A stretch of 16,383 nucleotides of DNA from Gemmatimonadaceae bacterium (GTDB lineage Bacteria > Gemmatimonadota > Gemmatimonadetes > Gemmatimonadales > Gemmatimonadaceae), in contig JANRJP010000071.1 of the NCBI GenBank assembly GCA_033763905.1, positions 1 through 16,383 on the forward strand. Direction: 5' to 3'. Below the pieces are notes generated by a model. It searched no databases, had not been told where the DNA came from, and was given only the letters and a program-made list of their open reading frames with translations. The translations under genes and the position numbers were made by a program. Position 1 is the first letter of the stretch, and every line of letters starts with the position of its first letter. Positions 15,343-16,383 of this stretch are shown piece by piece.

Positions 15343-16361
15343 GGTTGGCCTCCAAAGGGCGTCATCGCGCGCGACACGCGGGCGCGACGTTCAGGTTCAG
15401 TCGTGGACGTCGACGCGGTGGTGGTCGCGAGCCACGCCATCAACGCGTCCGACAGATGATCGCCCCGCTCGTAGCGCTCCGCGGGGTTCTTCGCGAGACA
15501 GCGCATAATGATCGCCGACAGCGCGGCGGGAATGCGCGAATCGACCGTGTCGGGCGCGACCGGGGCTTCGTTCACGTGCTTGAAGCCGATCGAGTACGCA
15601 TCGGCCCCGTCGAAGGGCGGGAAGCCGAGAATGCACTCGTAGAGCAGCACGCCAATGCCGTAGAGATCCGAGCGTCCGTCGATGAGTTTACCCATCGCCT
15701 GCTCGGGACTCATATAGTGCGGCGTCCCCATCGCACGTCCGGTGGCGGTGAGCCGCGTGTGCGACCGCGCCGTGGCAATGCCGAAATCGGTGAGTCGCAC
15801 GTGACCGTCGGCATCGAAGAGCACGTTGTCGGGCTTGATGTCCCGGTGCACGAGCCCCAGCCGATGCGCATAGTCGAGCGCGGACGCCAACTGCGCCGAC
15901 GTCGCCGCCACGTAGGCGGGATCCAGTGTGCGCTGAGCCATCAGCTTGCCCGCAAGCGAGCCGCCGGCGCAGTACGGCATCACCAGATACACGATGTCGT
16001 CCGGCGCTTCGCCGTAGTCTTCGATCGTGAGGATGTGCGGATGCACCAGACGGCTTGCCGCCTCGGCTTCGCGGAAGAAGCGTTCGCGCATTTCGTCGTC
16101 GCGTGCGAGATGCCGGTGCAGCACCTTGATCACCAGCGCGCGCCCCAGCGTGGCGTGCTCGGCGAAGTACACGTGCGCCATTCCGCCCGAACCGAGCCGC
16201 TTCACCACACGATAGCGGTTGCCGGTTGCGATGCGCAGCTGCGAGATCTCCTCGTCCGGCTTGTCGAACGGCGCGTCGGGGAGGGCCGGCAGTTCGGCCT
16301 GACAGCGCGCGCAGGTCGCGGCGCGCGTGCTGTTCCAGGAGCCGCAGTCGGGGCAGAACAT
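15339..16361 (-). CDS. Hanks-type Ser/Thr protein kinase with N-terminal zinc ribbon, soluble
   Basis: CPDCG-x7-CARC at the N-terminus; LGSGGMAHVY, VIKVL, REAE, HRDIKPDN, DFG, GTPHYMSPEQ, DGRSDLYG.G and CLAKNPAER. No TM or PASTA segment. Confidence 0.95.
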   Translation of the reverse strand: MFCPDCGSWNSTRAATCARCQAELPALPDAPFDKPDEEISQLRIATGNRYRVVKRLGSGGMAHVYFAEHATLGRALVIKVLHRHLARDDEMRERFFREAEAASRLVHPHILTIEDYGEAPDDIVYLVMPYCAGGSLAGKLMAQRTLDPAYVAATSAQLASALDYAHRLGLVHRDIKPDNVLFDADGHVRLTDFGIATARSHTRLTATGRAMGTPHYMSPEQAMGKLIDGRSDLYGIGVLLYECILGFPPFDGADAYSIGFKHVNEAPVAPDTVDSRIPAALSAIIMRCLAKNPAERYERGDHLSDALMAWLATTTASTSTTEPERRARVSRAMTPFGGQP

Positions 16362-16373
16362 CCTGAAACGTTA
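16362..16373 (-). promoter_or_regulatory. Putative -10 element giving a leaderless kinase transcript
   Basis: Minus strand TAACGT (16373-16368) followed by 6 nt (TTCAGG) and then ATG 16361. No properly spaced Shine-Dalgarno. The -35 region lies outside the window. Confidence 0.45.
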
Positions 16374-16383
16374 CGCCAAAGCG

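Noticed and set aside
1..16383. CRISPR arrays, tRNA/rRNA/ncRNA, IS elements, prophage or defence genes
   Set aside because: The window is almost entirely covered by coding genes with intergenic gaps of about 70 bp or less. I saw no spaced direct repeats, transposase, integrase or nuclease motifs, or compositional shift.

Overview
High-GC, gene-dense bacterial DNA; gene content and style suggest Gemmatimonadota (inference, not verified). There are three gene blocks plus a partial gene. (0) The 3' end of a trypsin-like serine protease (+). (1) A minus-strand peptidoglycan-sugar recycling operon, murQ-anmK-GH3/NagZ-like, whose GH3 appears to have lost or rearranged its canonical catalytic residues. 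(2) A divergent plus-strand block with overlapping genes: lipoprotein gamma-glutamyltransferase, MdlA/YheI-type ABC half-exporter, TonB-dependent receptor and DUF4249-like lipoprotein. (3) A convergent minus-strand block: zinc-ribbon Ser/Thr kinase, Ala-Glu dipeptide epimerase, priA, a small hypothetical protein and a Fur-family regulator. I saw no RNA genes, CRISPR arrays or mobile elements. The most notable signals are the degenerate NagZ-like protein, both arms of cell-wall recycling flanking an envelope transport/GGT block, an orphan ABC half with a non-canonical Walker B, a kinase coupled to the epimerase, and several candidate leaderless or bidirectional promoters. All family calls come from motif recognition by eye; no searches were run.
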